Virus genome (UHGV): UHGV-0026213
Strand: one strand, 5' to 3'
Source: a virus
Length of the DNA: 64,000 nucleotides
Part shown: positions 1 through 10,845 of the stretch, piece by piece
Position numbering within the stretch: position 1 is the first letter of the stretch
Layout of the letters: every line of letters starts with the position of its first letter
Position numbers and translations under genes: made by a program
The notes under the pieces: model-generated
Seen by the model: only the letters and a program-made list of their open reading frames with translations
Databases searched by the model: none
Told to the model about the DNA's origin: nothing

Positions 1-519
1 CGTCTGTACACTGCCGATCCGGACATTCTGCCGAAAGTTGTTATTGCAACTGACGAACCGACTGCATCTATGCTGCTGCTGGTACAGGGCGACCAACGTC
101 TGCTGGGCGATCGCTACGAATACGAAGTGATCACCACCAACGATGACCGCTGGCGTATCTACAACGCAGCTGACGGTTCCTGGACTCGTCGTCTGCAATG
201 GTTCCTGAAAGTTCCGACTGCGGACGATGGTTCCTACAACGTGCTGAACTGGGGTAACCACTTCTGGTCTCCGATCATGGTTACCAACATCAACATTCAG
301 CGTAACGGTTCTACCTCTAAAGAGCTGGCCGTACAGCCGCGTAACGCGCACATCTGCCACTGCCCGATCACTGGTCTGATCTGGGTTAAAGGTATCACCA
401 AACTGGTTGAAGAAAAACTGGCTTACAATGTTTCTGTTGAACAGAACGGTCAGAAACAAACCGAAGGTGGTGTAGCAGGTAACGTTGCTGGCGAAGGCAA
501 AGCTGCTGCTGGTAAGTAA
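1..519 (+). CDS. 3' portion of a highly expressed structural-type protein (5' end lies outside the window)
   Basis: Frame open from base 1 to TAA at 517-519, no upstream stop; strongly biased E. coli-like codons (CTG, CGT, GGT, AAC); followed by a strong terminator. Function not recognisable from sequence. Confidence 0.6.
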   Translation, partial: RLYTADPDILPKVVIATDEPTASMLLLVQGDQRLLGDRYEYEVITTNDDRWRIYNAADGSWTRRLQWFLKVPTADDGSYNVLNWGNHFWSPIMVTNINIQRNGSTSKELAVQPRNAHICHCPITGLIWVKGITKLVEEKLAYNVSVEQNGQKQTEGGVAGNVAGEGKAAAGK

Positions 520-534
520 TCTTGCTTAAAAAGA

Positions 535-575
535 GTCTAAGCCCTTCGGGGCTTAGACCTTTTATTTTTTTTTCT
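535..575 (+). terminator. rho-independent terminator
   Basis: GTCTAAGCCC-TTCG-GGGCTTAGAC hairpin followed by a long T-run. Confidence 0.8.
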
Positions 576-701
576 TTCTATTATTTTTTGGATAGATATT
601 ATTAATGGGAGACGGCCAGTTGGTTTTAAAGGAGTATGTATGGAAAAAATACAGTTTAAACTAAAGATATGTGTCATCATTAAAATTTAGCTTGGGTTCC
701 C

Positions 702-1712
702 ATGAAACGTCTTGATATTGATGTGGTGCCCAGTATCTCTGAACGCTCGTTATGTCAAACGTCTGGATTGAGGAAACTTGTTACGTTTGAAAATAACACT
801 GGCGTGCCTATCCACGTCACTGAAACCAGTGGCGGTAGCTTTATTTTAAATGCTTCGAAAAACCCCGCTGATGAGCATGGGGTTATCGTTTACGTGACGT
901 ATCAATCATACGGAAGATGCGCGAATCTCAATGGGTTTGCTGAACTGATGCCGGGAAAACAGTTTTCTCGCTTTTGCGACCAATTGAAAGAAAAAGGGGA
1001 GGTAACGTTAGAGTATGCAGTAAACGACGTTGGTGCGTTGCTGCGAGGAGATTTGGTTGTACTAAAGCAGTTAGGCTTTGCTTTCTCAACAACACCGATA
1101 CGCTTAGATAGTAAACCCCCAACTATGCGCCCTGGAGGTGAGCGCACTGAATTTACATTGGGTGTTGTTGTTGTGCAACGCTACGACGAGCCTGACAATT
1201 ATCGGTGGCTACGTTTCTACGGTACGAAAATGAAAATCGAACCAATAACGTCACGCTATTATGAACCGGGTGTTTACATGATAATAGGAGGTGGAACGAG
1301 GGTGGAAGGGAGTCGTATGATTCATTTTGAATTTGACGACATTACTTCACCGTTTAGATTATTTAAGGATGAGGCAGCGGCTGACGCGTTTCGATGGCAA
1401 GAAGCGGTTCCCGGTCTCTTTGAGATTAAGCAGCGTTTAGAGGAGCAGTACAAAGAAAAATTAGAAAGCTTGGATTCGGCAAAAGACAAGCTAGAATTGG
1501 AACACAAGAAACAACTACAGAGCATGGCTTTAGAAAAGGAGCGATTGACTTTAGCATTCAAGCAACAGGAATTGGAAGCGAAGTCACGGGCTGAGGCGCG
1601 TAAAGAATTCTACGAGACGCGTTCTTACATTCGTAAGGACGGCTCAGACCTATTTAAATCTGTCCCTGCGTATTTGGCGGCGGGTGTCGCATTTATAGGG
1701 ATGCTAACGTAA
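702..1712 (+). CDS. hypothetical protein with coiled-coil segment and C-terminal hydrophobic anchor
   Basis: 336-aa ORF after a 180-bp AT-rich intergenic region; K/E/L-rich heptad-like stretch and C-terminal VPAYLAAGVAFIGMLT. Confidence 0.6.
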   Translation: MKRLDIDVVPSISERSLCQTSGLRKLVTFENNTGVPIHVTETSGGSFILNASKNPADEHGVIVYVTYQSYGRCANLNGFAELMPGKQFSRFCDQLKEKGEVTLEYAVNDVGALLRGDLVVLKQLGFAFSTTPIRLDSKPPTMRPGGERTEFTLGVVVVQRYDEPDNYRWLRFYGTKMKIEPITSRYYEPGVYMIIGGGTRVEGSRMIHFEFDDITSPFRLFKDEAAADAFRWQEAVPGLFEIKQRLEEQYKEKLESLDSAKDKLELEHKKQLQSMALEKERLTLAFKQQELEAKSRAEARKEFYETRSYIRKDGSDLFKSVPAYLAAGVAFIGMLT

Positions 1713-1722
1713 GGAGCATGGC

Positions 1723-3498
1723 GTGTTTAAAGATGCAATCAAAAAGCTTAAAGAGAGTGGTAAAATAGTACCCTTTAACCGTGCGATTGCGGAAGGAGTC
1801 GGTTATACACAAGCCAAAGATGGTATTCACGATCGTGTACATCGTATCTTGAAACGTGAGCTAGATTACCATCCTGTAGAGAACCCTCGTGTTCCTGAAG
1901 GCTTGGCCGTGTTGGGTGTTCGTTTAATGTCGCCGTTCGAAACTTTTATCTATAAGCTGTCTCGTTCAGAGAGCAGCAGGATGGATAAGCGTCGTGGTGT
2001 GATGTCTATCGCGAATACCGATGCGTATATGGTCATGTCGTCGTTCCGTATTCCTGGAGACTCAAGACCAATCTCAAGACCGATTAACTTGCCTTTCATT
2101 CGTCGTGGTGGGTTGATGAACTATTACGGAACAACGTATCATGTTGCACCTGTTATTCATCAGCCGGGTATCTGTCGTGAGCACGGTGGGGTGTTTGTTA
2201 ATTTTGACTTTAAACGTAAAGCGTCATTAAAATTCTGTAAGCATCCGGTACGGATTTTAGTGAACGGGAAGAAAGAAGAATTGTTCTTGCCCGGAACAAA
2301 CAATTTGTTTAAAGCCAAAAACGCCACACATCCTGACACGGACGAAAAGCCGTTAATGTACTGGCTATTCGGACGTTATGGATTTAAGGAAGCCATCAAA
2401 CGTTATACTGGCGTGGATGTGGAGATATATCCTGCATTCAAAGTACCTGAAATCGATCTCGATAAAAAAGTAGTAATCAGTTCAGGTGAGCCTAAACATA
2501 ATCGGTCGATTATGTACGTAGTGACGGTTCCTGCAGAGGCTTTACCAAATCTCGATAAAGCGGGATGGGATCAAAACGAGCACTTATTACTCGTGGCGAT
2601 TTCTGCATTCTTTAAAGCAGCGCACTATTATTGCGGAAAGCAAGCGATTAAAAACGGCAACGTTGTTCCTTTACCGCCGTTGTTTACCGCGATTAACGAA
2701 CTTGCAATGGAGGACGATGTTGTAAACCTGAATTCCTCCGCAATTTGGCGGGAGATTTTGGGGAGAAGTATTGTTGGACTTAAACCGTCCGATATTGAAC
2801 TGGCACACAGCATGACGAAACACTATACGGAGTGTGAACGCTACGTTAACTCAACATTCCGTGGTGAGTTAATGATGTCAGATCCCGATATCCCGGACGA
2901 TATGGATATGTTTGATTTCTTCTGGTACGCGACGAAGTTGATGGTGAGAACACGCCTTACGAAACAAGGTGATATTCCGTCAATGTATGGAAAACGTCTG
3001 ACCGTAACAGATTACCTGTTATTGGGTGAGCGTGGCTTTACGCCTACCATCGCTGCGATTCGTTTCCACTTGGGACAAACGGAAAATCGAACACCGGAGT
3101 CTTGTGCGAACATGATACGCAGTGCGTTGAATAAAGACATTGTAACCAGCCTGGTATTACGCAACATTACCGGTAATGGTGGTGTAAGTTATTTCAACGC
3201 TTCTACCGAGTCTATGGTACTGGGGGTTTCAACCCATGCTATCAGCCAGACAGAAACAGAATCAAAACGTAACAGCAAAGGCGGTAAGACGGTTAACCTT
3301 AATGACCGGACAAAACATGCCTCTGCATCTCATCTGGAATGTGGTAACGTGTATTACATTCCGAAATCATCACCGTTCAAATCGGGTATTCTCAATCCGT
3401 ATATGAAGACGAACACCCAACTGGTGATGGTACGTAATCCAAAACTCAACGAGTTGATCCAAGCAACCGAAGAAGACATTGCGAAGATTGGCCGTTAA
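1723..3498 (+). CDS. hypothetical protein (591 aa)
   Basis: Long ORF; GTG start 6 nt after AAGGAG (1711-1716); no recognisable motif. Confidence 0.7.
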   Translation: MFKDAIKKLKESGKIVPFNRAIAEGVGYTQAKDGIHDRVHRILKRELDYHPVENPRVPEGLAVLGVRLMSPFETFIYKLSRSESSRMDKRRGVMSIANTDAYMVMSSFRIPGDSRPISRPINLPFIRRGGLMNYYGTTYHVAPVIHQPGICREHGGVFVNFDFKRKASLKFCKHPVRILVNGKKEELFLPGTNNLFKAKNATHPDTDEKPLMYWLFGRYGFKEAIKRYTGVDVEIYPAFKVPEIDLDKKVVISSGEPKHNRSIMYVVTVPAEALPNLDKAGWDQNEHLLLVAISAFFKAAHYYCGKQAIKNGNVVPLPPLFTAINELAMEDDVVNLNSSAIWREILGRSIVGLKPSDIELAHSMTKHYTECERYVNSTFRGELMMSDPDIPDDMDMFDFFWYATKLMVRTRLTKQGDIPSMYGKRLTVTDYLLLGERGFTPTIAAIRFHLGQTENRTPESCANMIRSALNKDIVTSLVLRNITGNGGVSYFNASTESMVLGVSTHAISQTETESKRNSKGGKTVNLNDRTKHASASHLECGNVYYIPKSSPFKSGILNPYMKTNTQLVMVRNPKLNELIQATEEDIAKIGR

Positions 3499-3537
3499 CG
3501 AATTAAATTATAGAAAAGACGTAACAGGAGTATAATA

Positions 3538-5178
3538 ATGGCAACTGTCAATAAAGACGTAATTCGTAACCACATCTATAGCACGATCTCCAGTGGTCGT
3601 GATGAACTTTTATCGTATCTTTGTAATCAAGCACGTGCTGCTGGATTGAATGACGACAAATACATGGATAATGCCGTTACCGTCGCCACGTGGTTTGTAT
3701 ACAACCGTCGTCCAGATAACGAAACTGCATCGGCGATTCTGGCAACTTTTAAATCGACGCTGTATAGTGACTTACTGGGGCGTGGTATGCAGCCACTGGA
3801 CCCGCGTATTCACAGCCAGCTGGAACAGGAATTCCGTACGGCAAATCAGTATGCGGTACAAGCTAAACAGCTTATGGCGCAATCGAGCACTTTTGGTGGC
3901 CCAGCAATGGGTGGGTCTCCGAGCTTAGCGATGCCAGCGTCTGGCTTCCCAGGCAGCGGCTATGGTAGTCCACAACCAGCACCAGCGGTACAAGGGGGTT
4001 CTATCCCAATGTCAACTTACGATCCGCGCACAGCGGCACAGAAACAATCACCGCAACCGCAAGGTAACTTCGGCCAGCCTGCACAGCAACCCGTGCAACA
4101 GGCACAGCCTAAACCGACTGTTTCGCAGTCTATGGTGGAAGCTAACAAGCCGCGTGAGCTCGACGAGAAAACTATCGAAGAACTTGTCGAACGTTACAAT
4201 AAACCTATCATCGATCATTTCCGGGTGGAAATTGTGGAAGACTATTTAGATCACGAACTTAGAGAACAGATTAAGAAAAATATTCTTACGCCGAAAGAAC
4301 TCAATGAACGCATCAAGAATTCACCGTATTCTAGCCATCACAATTGGTCAGAAAAGGTTGACGAAATCATCGATAATGAAGACGTCGATTATTGCGTTTA
4401 TGATGAAGCGGATGTGATGGTGAAAACCGAAAGCGAGTATAAATTGTTCCCGATGGTGAGTACGGATTCGAGCAAAACTTACCTTCAAGAATTTTATACT
4501 GCCACCCGCCAGGCAATCGATGGTATCGAAGATATTCGCGATATTGACGATCCGGAAGAAATGCTGAAGCGTACGATCGATGAGGTGTTCCGCATCCGTA
4601 AAATGTCTGAGCGCCTACTGCAATATTTCAATACTCAGGCAGAGGAGCCGGATACACTGAAACAAAGCTGTGTGGAGTTTTGTCAGCAGTTTAACGCAAC
4701 ACTCACTGTTTTGGTTCATAACGCGATTTCTGTTGCGACAAACTACGGTAAAGGAATTCCAGGTACGAAATTTGTACAATTCGATTGTAACTTAAGCGAT
4801 CTCGAATACTTCCGCGACACGCTGTTCCCGCGCACTATCGGTGAAAATGGCGTAACCACGGCTGCGGATTTCTTCCGCGAACTGTGCTTGCTGGTTGCAC
4901 GTTCTGTTCGTAAGCTGCACTTCCGTCTGAAATCTAACGATCGTGCTATTGAAATTTGCCGCGTAACTTACACTATTCAACTGCCTGCGGATTACCCGTC
5001 TGCAAAAGGTCGCAATATCGTAGAGATTTCCTCCTTCGGTAATGCGTTTGAACCTATTGTCGGTATCTATGAAGCAATTAACCAACGCGCACCTGAAGCT
5101 ATTGTGAAGCTGGCTACCCCGTCGGTATCCTATACACTGCTTAGCAATGGTGAAATTACCGCACCGGTGCGTTACTAA
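3538..5178 (+). CDS. hypothetical protein with Gln/Pro/Gly-rich low-complexity linker
   Basis: 546-aa ORF, ATG preceded by AGGAG; central segment rich in Q, P, G, A and S (about 3900-4110). Confidence 0.7.
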   Translation: MATVNKDVIRNHIYSTISSGRDELLSYLCNQARAAGLNDDKYMDNAVTVATWFVYNRRPDNETASAILATFKSTLYSDLLGRGMQPLDPRIHSQLEQEFRTANQYAVQAKQLMAQSSTFGGPAMGGSPSLAMPASGFPGSGYGSPQPAPAVQGGSIPMSTYDPRTAAQKQSPQPQGNFGQPAQQPVQQAQPKPTVSQSMVEANKPRELDEKTIEELVERYNKPIIDHFRVEIVEDYLDHELREQIKKNILTPKELNERIKNSPYSSHHNWSEKVDEIIDNEDVDYCVYDEADVMVKTESEYKLFPMVSTDSSKTYLQEFYTATRQAIDGIEDIRDIDDPEEMLKRTIDEVFRIRKMSERLLQYFNTQAEEPDTLKQSCVEFCQQFNATLTVLVHNAISVATNYGKGIPGTKFVQFDCNLSDLEYFRDTLFPRTIGENGVTTAADFFRELCLLVARSVRKLHFRLKSNDRAIEICRVTYTIQLPADYPSAKGRNIVEISSFGNAFEPIVGIYEAINQRAPEAIVKLATPSVSYTLLSNGEITAPVRY

Positions 5179-5222
5179 GGGGCTTCGTGCCCCCTAATCT
5201 ATAGACACCACAGGACAGTATC

Positions 5223-5471
5223 ATGGCAGCCTATGTTGATTACAGTAATACAAAAATTGAGTTAAAGGAGATTGATACCGCCGCTCGTTTAAAGCAACAG
5301 CTTAATCTGGAGTTATACCAACTCCAAGTTCGGATGCACGAACGCGAACAGTTCATTGAAAAACGCCCAATTTTCATTGACGATCGCCAAGTGAAACTGA
5401 TCACTGCGGAACTGGAGGTAATGGCCGCAGAGAAGTTGTTGTTAGAAGAACGTATTGCCGCTATTGTCTAA
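5223..5471 (+). CDS. small coiled-coil protein
   Basis: 82-aa ORF with heptad-like L/E/Q/K pattern; terminator follows. Confidence 0.5.
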   Translation: MAAYVDYSNTKIELKEIDTAARLKQQLNLELYQLQVRMHEREQFIEKRPIFIDDRQVKLITAELEVMAAEKLLLEERIAAIV

Positions 5472-5480
5472 TCGCCCCAC

Positions 5481-5514
5481 AGGAGAGCTTCGGCTCTCCT
5501 CCTTTATTTTTATT
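5481..5514 (+). terminator. rho-independent terminator
   Basis: AGGAGAGC-TTCG-GCTCTCCT hairpin followed by CCTTTATTTTTATT. Confidence 0.75.
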
Positions 5515-5558
5515 CCCCAATTTATTATAGCCGCCCACTATAGTGAGGGAATGAGGAA

Positions 5559-5858
5559 ATGATTAAATATGTCGTTATTAATGTAGACTACGAACGTAGC
5601 CCACGTTTTCGTTTTGAGTTACCTGAAACCAAAGCAACCATGGAGTTTAATCGCTACTTATTAGAGCATTCAAACACCAAAATCAATCACGGTAGATACT
5701 GGCTTATCTACTATAATGCCCGTAATGAGCTACTGAAAGCCGTCAAGAAATCAGGTCAGTCGGAACTGTTAGCGAAACTGACGGCGTACGATAACGATCC
5801 CTTAGCAATAGGAGTGATGCTAGACCTTGCTATTAAGAAAGACGAGATAGCGTGGTGA
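5559..5858 (+). CDS. hypothetical protein (99 aa)
   Basis: ORF with GAGG-rich RBS upstream; last plus-strand gene before a convergent terminator. Confidence 0.5.
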   Translation: MIKYVVINVDYERSPRFRFELPETKATMEFNRYLLEHSNTKINHGRYWLIYYNARNELLKAVKKSGQSELLAKLTAYDNDPLAIGVMLDLAIKKDEIAW

Positions 5859-5920
5859 AAAAAAAGAAAAGCCACTCCGACCCCAGAAGGGTCGGAGTAA
5901 GCTCGAATTATTTTTTTTTT
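5849..5920. terminator. bidirectional terminator between convergent genes
   Basis: ACTCCGACC...GGTCGGAGT hairpin flanked by an A-run upstream and T10 downstream; sits between the plus gene ending at 5858 and the minus gene ending at 5926. Confidence 0.7.
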
Positions 5921-5925
5921 GCTAT

Positions 5926-8643
5926 TTAGAGAGTTTCGTCGGCGTTGTCGTCTGTACCGGTATCCGTCTCGTCTGTGTCTTCAGCAGAAACGTCTTCTTC
6001 CGTTGTCGTATCGGTTTCCGTCGTTTCATCATCAGACATGTCCAAGTCTTCATCACCGCCCATATCGTCACCACCTAAGTCCTCATCGCCCCCTAAGCCA
6101 CCGTCGTCTTCAGAGCCGCCACCGAAGTCGTTACCCCCGACAAAGTTATTGGCGTCCTCAGGATTCAAATCAGCCGCTTTTGCTAAGGTTTCAACTTTAC
6201 CTGTTGTGCGTTTAGCTAACTGAATCAGCGTCTTCGATGCTGCTGCGATTTCATCAGAAATCATCTTGACGTTTTCACCACGTTTATCTTCGTCGTAGAT
6301 CAAATCAAACAGATCGGTTTCGATGCCTTGATTACGCAGCCAGTTACGCGTATAGAACGATTTAATCATCGTCTTGAGATCATCAGGCTGCATTTCGATA
6401 CCTTCATTCTGAAGCATATTCGAAATGTCGTCGGTAACAACCAGATCCGCCAGTTTCTCAATGAACTCATAGCGTTTATCAAACAGATCCGCTTGTGAAG
6501 AAGAAGCTGATGTGTCTGGTGGTGGTAAGGTGACTTTCATGCCATTGATGAACTTCGCCAGATACTCTGACGTCTGTTTGGTCAAGTCTTCACCTGTTAC
6601 ATTAGGATTCTGATTGCGAATATATTCAACGATAACACGAATCAGTTCTGCTTGTAACTTAGGAGAGGCTTGCAAACTGTTTGTCACGTAGCGTGTTAAC
6701 GGCGTAGATAGGATTTCTTGTTTTTTCACGATTTGCTGAGTCACCAGCAGTGACTTGGAATAAATCTGTGAAGCAAATTCCAGGTTTTCCGGCGTCAAAA
6801 CAAGATCCGGGTCTACACACGCGATGTGACAAGTACGACGGAGTAAGTTTTCATCGATTTGTTGATCGGGCACTTTATACTCAGGCGTTGTGTCCGAAAC
6901 CGACACTTTATGACTGGCGTAGTATTCATTACCCGTCACGTTAAATGCAATCCCGGCATTAGCCCCCATTGACCAAGCGTCATTGATATCACCCCACATC
7001 GGTAAACGACGGTTATAGGAGTTGAGAATATCTGATTTAACTTGGTCAACCGTTTTCTGACCGTTCATATCGTCTGGCGATAACTCAATGTCGTATTGCA
7101 TGTGACGTGCTGAGTTCAACACTGAGGAGTTCATCGTTGCGAACAACAGTGCCATCCTGACCGTAGAGATGATAAAGGAACGTTCGGTGATAGACACCCC
7201 AATACCATCTTCGTTAAAGTCCGTTGCAAAGTAGCACAAGTTATTAGCCGGGATATAGACAACCTGTGTGTGACGTTTTGCGAGGTGACGTGCCAGCAGA
7301 ATACGACCGAAAGTTTCGGTAATTTTCATGCTGATTTCAGCTCCACCCAATGCCTGGCTTAACGCACGGGTAAATTCGTTCTCAGCAATCTCGCTACAAC
7401 GGGCACTTAAACGGTTGGCGATCTCTGGCGTTATACGAGAGGTATTACCCAAACCTAAATTAGAGCGGTTGATAATACTGTCCGTCATGCCGTCGTTATT
7501 AAGGTAGTTCATAAAGTTCGCGTCCCCGTAAAGTGAAGAACGTGAGTTGATGAAGTTACCCATATCGTCAATAATGGTCAGAAACCCAATAGGGTTACGA
7601 ACGTCGTCGCCGATAACCAACGGTGCGGTAGACTCAGCAGGCAATAGACATTCGAAATATTCGATTTGGTTGTTTTCATTCATCGAAATAATCGGAATAT
7701 CGCCATAAGTCTGAGTTTTTGGTGTACCTTTGTACGCTTCGTTCAGATCGCCTAAGTTAATGAAGCCTTTTTCAGCCGCATCACGCTGACGATCGTTAAA
7801 CTGTTGATTAACTTCGTACGGCGTAGCACCTGTCGGTGTGGCAGGCTTTTCATATGCGGCTTGCTCTAATTGGCCGTAGAGACCAGTACGTGCGTTCTCA
7901 TGCGCGATTCGACGATAAGCATGGGGTAGTAACGTGATACGTGGGTTGTCGGTGATCGAGATGTCCATTTCGAACTTATCTGAGAACATCTTATCGTGGT
8001 TACTGAAATTGATTTTCAGCGACTGTGGTCCTTTAACAGGGCCACGAACACGACTCAGTATAGATTCCACACCTACGCGTTGCCCGTCTTCTTGCTCGTT
8101 GATTGGACCGAGAATACCGAGCTGGTCTTCGAAATAGGCAGCTTGAGAACGACGTACGGATTCGGTAGCGACTTTGGCGTCTAAACCGAACAACTGGTCA
8201 AATCCGTTGTCCGAGATTATCATCACTGGACTTGCGCCTTTTGTTTTTAACGCGTCGTAAATCCACTGATATAATTTCTTAGGTAATTGACGTACGTTAT
8301 CATGATAATCACGCGTTGGTGTCAGTAGGTCATTACGTAAGTCAATTGGAATGTCTGCGATGTTGTCGTAAATCAACGTGGTGTTGATTAAGTCTTTTGT
8401 CGACAGCAAGCTCGAAGTTGCAATGGTAACAATCGTTTCGAGTTCAGGTAACGCATCAAAGATACGTTCCGCATTTTTGATAGTACGAATACGCGAACTT
8501 ACAATTCCTGCAAGTTCCTGACGTGTTGGCGTAGAACCACCCTCGCTACGCGTACCGCGTTGTTGCTGGGGTGCTGGGCCCGTAGTTTTACGAAGAATTG
8601 CAGCTACGGCGGGGTCGCCCGTTAATTTACTAATATCGTCCAT
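5926..8643 (-). CDS. large hypothetical protein (905 aa) with poly-acidic C-terminal tail
   Basis: 2.7-kb minus-strand ORF; C-terminus is D/E/T/G-rich (GGDEDLGGDDMGGDEDLDMSDDETTETD...). Function unknown; possibly virion-associated. Confidence 0.8.
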   Translation of the reverse strand: MDDISKLTGDPAVAAILRKTTGPAPQQQRGTRSEGGSTPTRQELAGIVSSRIRTIKNAERIFDALPELETIVTIATSSLLSTKDLINTTLIYDNIADIPIDLRNDLLTPTRDYHDNVRQLPKKLYQWIYDALKTKGASPVMIISDNGFDQLFGLDAKVATESVRRSQAAYFEDQLGILGPINEQEDGQRVGVESILSRVRGPVKGPQSLKINFSNHDKMFSDKFEMDISITDNPRITLLPHAYRRIAHENARTGLYGQLEQAAYEKPATPTGATPYEVNQQFNDRQRDAAEKGFINLGDLNEAYKGTPKTQTYGDIPIISMNENNQIEYFECLLPAESTAPLVIGDDVRNPIGFLTIIDDMGNFINSRSSLYGDANFMNYLNNDGMTDSIINRSNLGLGNTSRITPEIANRLSARCSEIAENEFTRALSQALGGAEISMKITETFGRILLARHLAKRHTQVVYIPANNLCYFATDFNEDGIGVSITERSFIISTVRMALLFATMNSSVLNSARHMQYDIELSPDDMNGQKTVDQVKSDILNSYNRRLPMWGDINDAWSMGANAGIAFNVTGNEYYASHKVSVSDTTPEYKVPDQQIDENLLRRTCHIACVDPDLVLTPENLEFASQIYSKSLLVTQQIVKKQEILSTPLTRYVTNSLQASPKLQAELIRVIVEYIRNQNPNVTGEDLTKQTSEYLAKFINGMKVTLPPPDTSASSSQADLFDKRYEFIEKLADLVVTDDISNMLQNEGIEMQPDDLKTMIKSFYTRNWLRNQGIETDLFDLIYDEDKRGENVKMISDEIAAASKTLIQLAKRTTGKVETLAKAADLNPEDANNFVGGNDFGGGSEDDGGLGGDEDLGGDDMGGDEDLDMSDDETTETDTTTEEDVSAEDTDETDTGTDDNADETL

Positions 8644-8654
8644 TGGGGTCTCCG

Positions 8655-10838
8655 ATGCAGAGATTTAACATATTTCGTGATCAGAACATCGCGTTGGCGA
8701 AATCGCTGATTATTAAATCAGAATCAATCGCACAACAGATGAATCTGGCAATAACCGAGAACGGCGGTTTCGTTTCCGATAACCGTAGTACGTGGCGATA
8801 CTACCTGCATTTAGCAGGACAACGTCACGAAATGGATAAACCCATTTACATCACGTCGCTCGACACGCAAGAGCAGATAGAATTAACGACAGCCAACCTG
8901 TCCCGTCATAAAAAGACCTCTAACGTTTTTCGTTCGAATGTCGAGTATATCGTGGCGTTGATCGCAACTTATCCCGAATACGCGGTTTATATTCGCGGCG
9001 TCTTTACGCCAATCGATTTAAATTACGCGTTACGTGTAGACGATTGTTCTATTTTGTACTACGACAGTTCGTTAGTAGAATCACAAGAGACATCATTGAT
9101 TAGCCGACTGGAAGCGAGAATTCGTGCAGCCCACGTCCGGTACATGGCTGAGGGTTGGAAGGTCCACAACGATGCGTTTGTGTTAGCTTTCTACTGCATG
9201 TTGTTTCCGCAGCTACCGGGCATAATTGGTTATATTCGTTCTTCTTTACAGCATACGACAGAAACACACTCTTTCTTCGTTACCGAATTTTTAGCTTCGC
9301 ACCAGGAACTGCATGAGTTTATGCCGTACCTGACTCAGAAACAAAAATTCATTCTTTATCGAAATATTCGATACTGGGAACGCAATTCAGGGAAAGAGGA
9401 GATCTTCGATTGGCAAATCGATGCGCTACTGACAGGCTGGGGAATGCCTGCGGTTGGGTATAATGTTGCGCAGCAGATTCACGAACCGAAAGATGATGAC
9501 GATTCAACCTTAACACCGTTGCCTATCGGTTATCAGCAATCTTTAAACTACACAGAGAAAGACTCTGGACGCGATTTGGATATTGTTACCACTACGGACA
9601 TAATCCAAAAAGAGGTGGGGTTAGCGTATAACAACCCGGCGTACGAACCAGAGTACCAAGAAGACTTAGACACGCGACTGAGTCTGACACAATATCCTAA
9701 CTTAACGACGAAGCTCGTAGAAGTAACCGCCGTTGACCCAGAAGCTATTGAGCGTTTTGAATACACACATAACCTCTTTAATGAATGGGTACATTTGGTA
9801 GCGAAGGGAAAATACAACATCTACCACGAGATTCTTAACCCAACGAACGGCGATGCATTAAAGTTAAGTTCGAAAGAACTGTTGGCACTGTTTTTGTACG
9901 CGGCGTATAAAGGTTACTCCGATGTTGCCCTTGAAGAAATCCCCGTATTTAACGTTTTTGATGTGTTGATTAAACGTTGGGTGCCCTTCGATGAAATGGA
10001 ACAACATCTTATCCCGAGTTGGGAACACCGTTTCGATGCGCTGATTAACTACTACACCGACACCCACACCGAGGTAGTCGGGACCATTCTCAGTGCCGAC
10101 GAACTTTACGATACGATTAATGAAATTATCTTACAGAAGCGACGCCGTTGGCGTTACAGCCAAAACCGCCGTAAGATTCCCGATCGTGCTGCGGGCTTAA
10201 TGTTGTTCGATTACCATTATCGTGATTATCGCTGTGATTTAAAGTTAAAGTATCGTAACTATGACGAGTTCTTTAAGACCTTTGGGTTAGACTATACGTT
10301 GGTCTCTGCAGAGACGTGGCAAGATATTGCAGTCGATGCATTGAACACCGCAACAAACCTTGAAACGCGTGCAACCATTTCGCAATCTGAAATACAGCGC
10401 GCGATGGTTCGATTAATGACCACGCTTTCGTCGTATACCGTACATTTTGCTGCACGGATGGGGTCAGATTCTTACGACGTTATGGACCCGCTTTGTCCAA
10501 TCTTAGGGGATATCCCTATGAGTGGGGAGGGTACAGTTACCATCATTGAACCTCTCTTAGGCGTACAGTCAGTTACGCGACACCAATACATGACGACGGA
10601 CAAAGTGCTTCCCGCAGCGCCGGTGATTAAAGAGCTGTCCATGCCGCAACACATCAAACTACGGATGAACATTTACATGGGTATCCGTGTGAGAGTGAAT
10701 CAGCAAGTCGTGGTGGATATTAATGAACCGACCACCGGGGTTGTTAAGGTCAAGTCTTCACTTGACGACTGGGCGTTAAACGAACAGGTGAAAATTAACG
10801 ATCTCGAAGGGTTTACGTTAGACCAGCTACCTAAGTGA
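8655..10838 (+). CDS. hypothetical protein (about 728 aa)
   Basis: Track ORF starts at TTG 8643; ATG at 8655 in the same frame is preferred. Starts back-to-back with the divergent 905-aa gene. Confidence 0.75.
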   Translation: MQRFNIFRDQNIALAKSLIIKSESIAQQMNLAITENGGFVSDNRSTWRYYLHLAGQRHEMDKPIYITSLDTQEQIELTTANLSRHKKTSNVFRSNVEYIVALIATYPEYAVYIRGVFTPIDLNYALRVDDCSILYYDSSLVESQETSLISRLEARIRAAHVRYMAEGWKVHNDAFVLAFYCMLFPQLPGIIGYIRSSLQHTTETHSFFVTEFLASHQELHEFMPYLTQKQKFILYRNIRYWERNSGKEEIFDWQIDALLTGWGMPAVGYNVAQQIHEPKDDDDSTLTPLPIGYQQSLNYTEKDSGRDLDIVTTTDIIQKEVGLAYNNPAYEPEYQEDLDTRLSLTQYPNLTTKLVEVTAVDPEAIERFEYTHNLFNEWVHLVAKGKYNIYHEILNPTNGDALKLSSKELLALFLYAAYKGYSDVALEEIPVFNVFDVLIKRWVPFDEMEQHLIPSWEHRFDALINYYTDTHTEVVGTILSADELYDTINEIILQKRRRWRYSQNRRKIPDRAAGLMLFDYHYRDYRCDLKLKYRNYDEFFKTFGLDYTLVSAETWQDIAVDALNTATNLETRATISQSEIQRAMVRLMTTLSSYTVHFAARMGSDSYDVMDPLCPILGDIPMSGEGTVTIIEPLLGVQSVTRHQYMTTDKVLPAAPVIKELSMPQHIKLRMNIYMGIRVRVNQQVVVDINEPTTGVVKVKSSLDDWALNEQVKINDLEGFTLDQLPK

Positions 10839-10845
10839 GAGAATC

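Noticed and set aside
3650-4249. Two alternative-frame plus ORFs inside the 3538-5178 gene
   Set aside because: Internal out-of-frame ORFs within a longer well-supported gene; R/H-rich junk composition.
5919-6223. Two plus-strand ORFs encoding Ser/Pro-rich peptides
   Set aside because: Antisense to the acidic C-terminal tail of the 905-aa minus-strand gene; composition-driven shadow ORFs.
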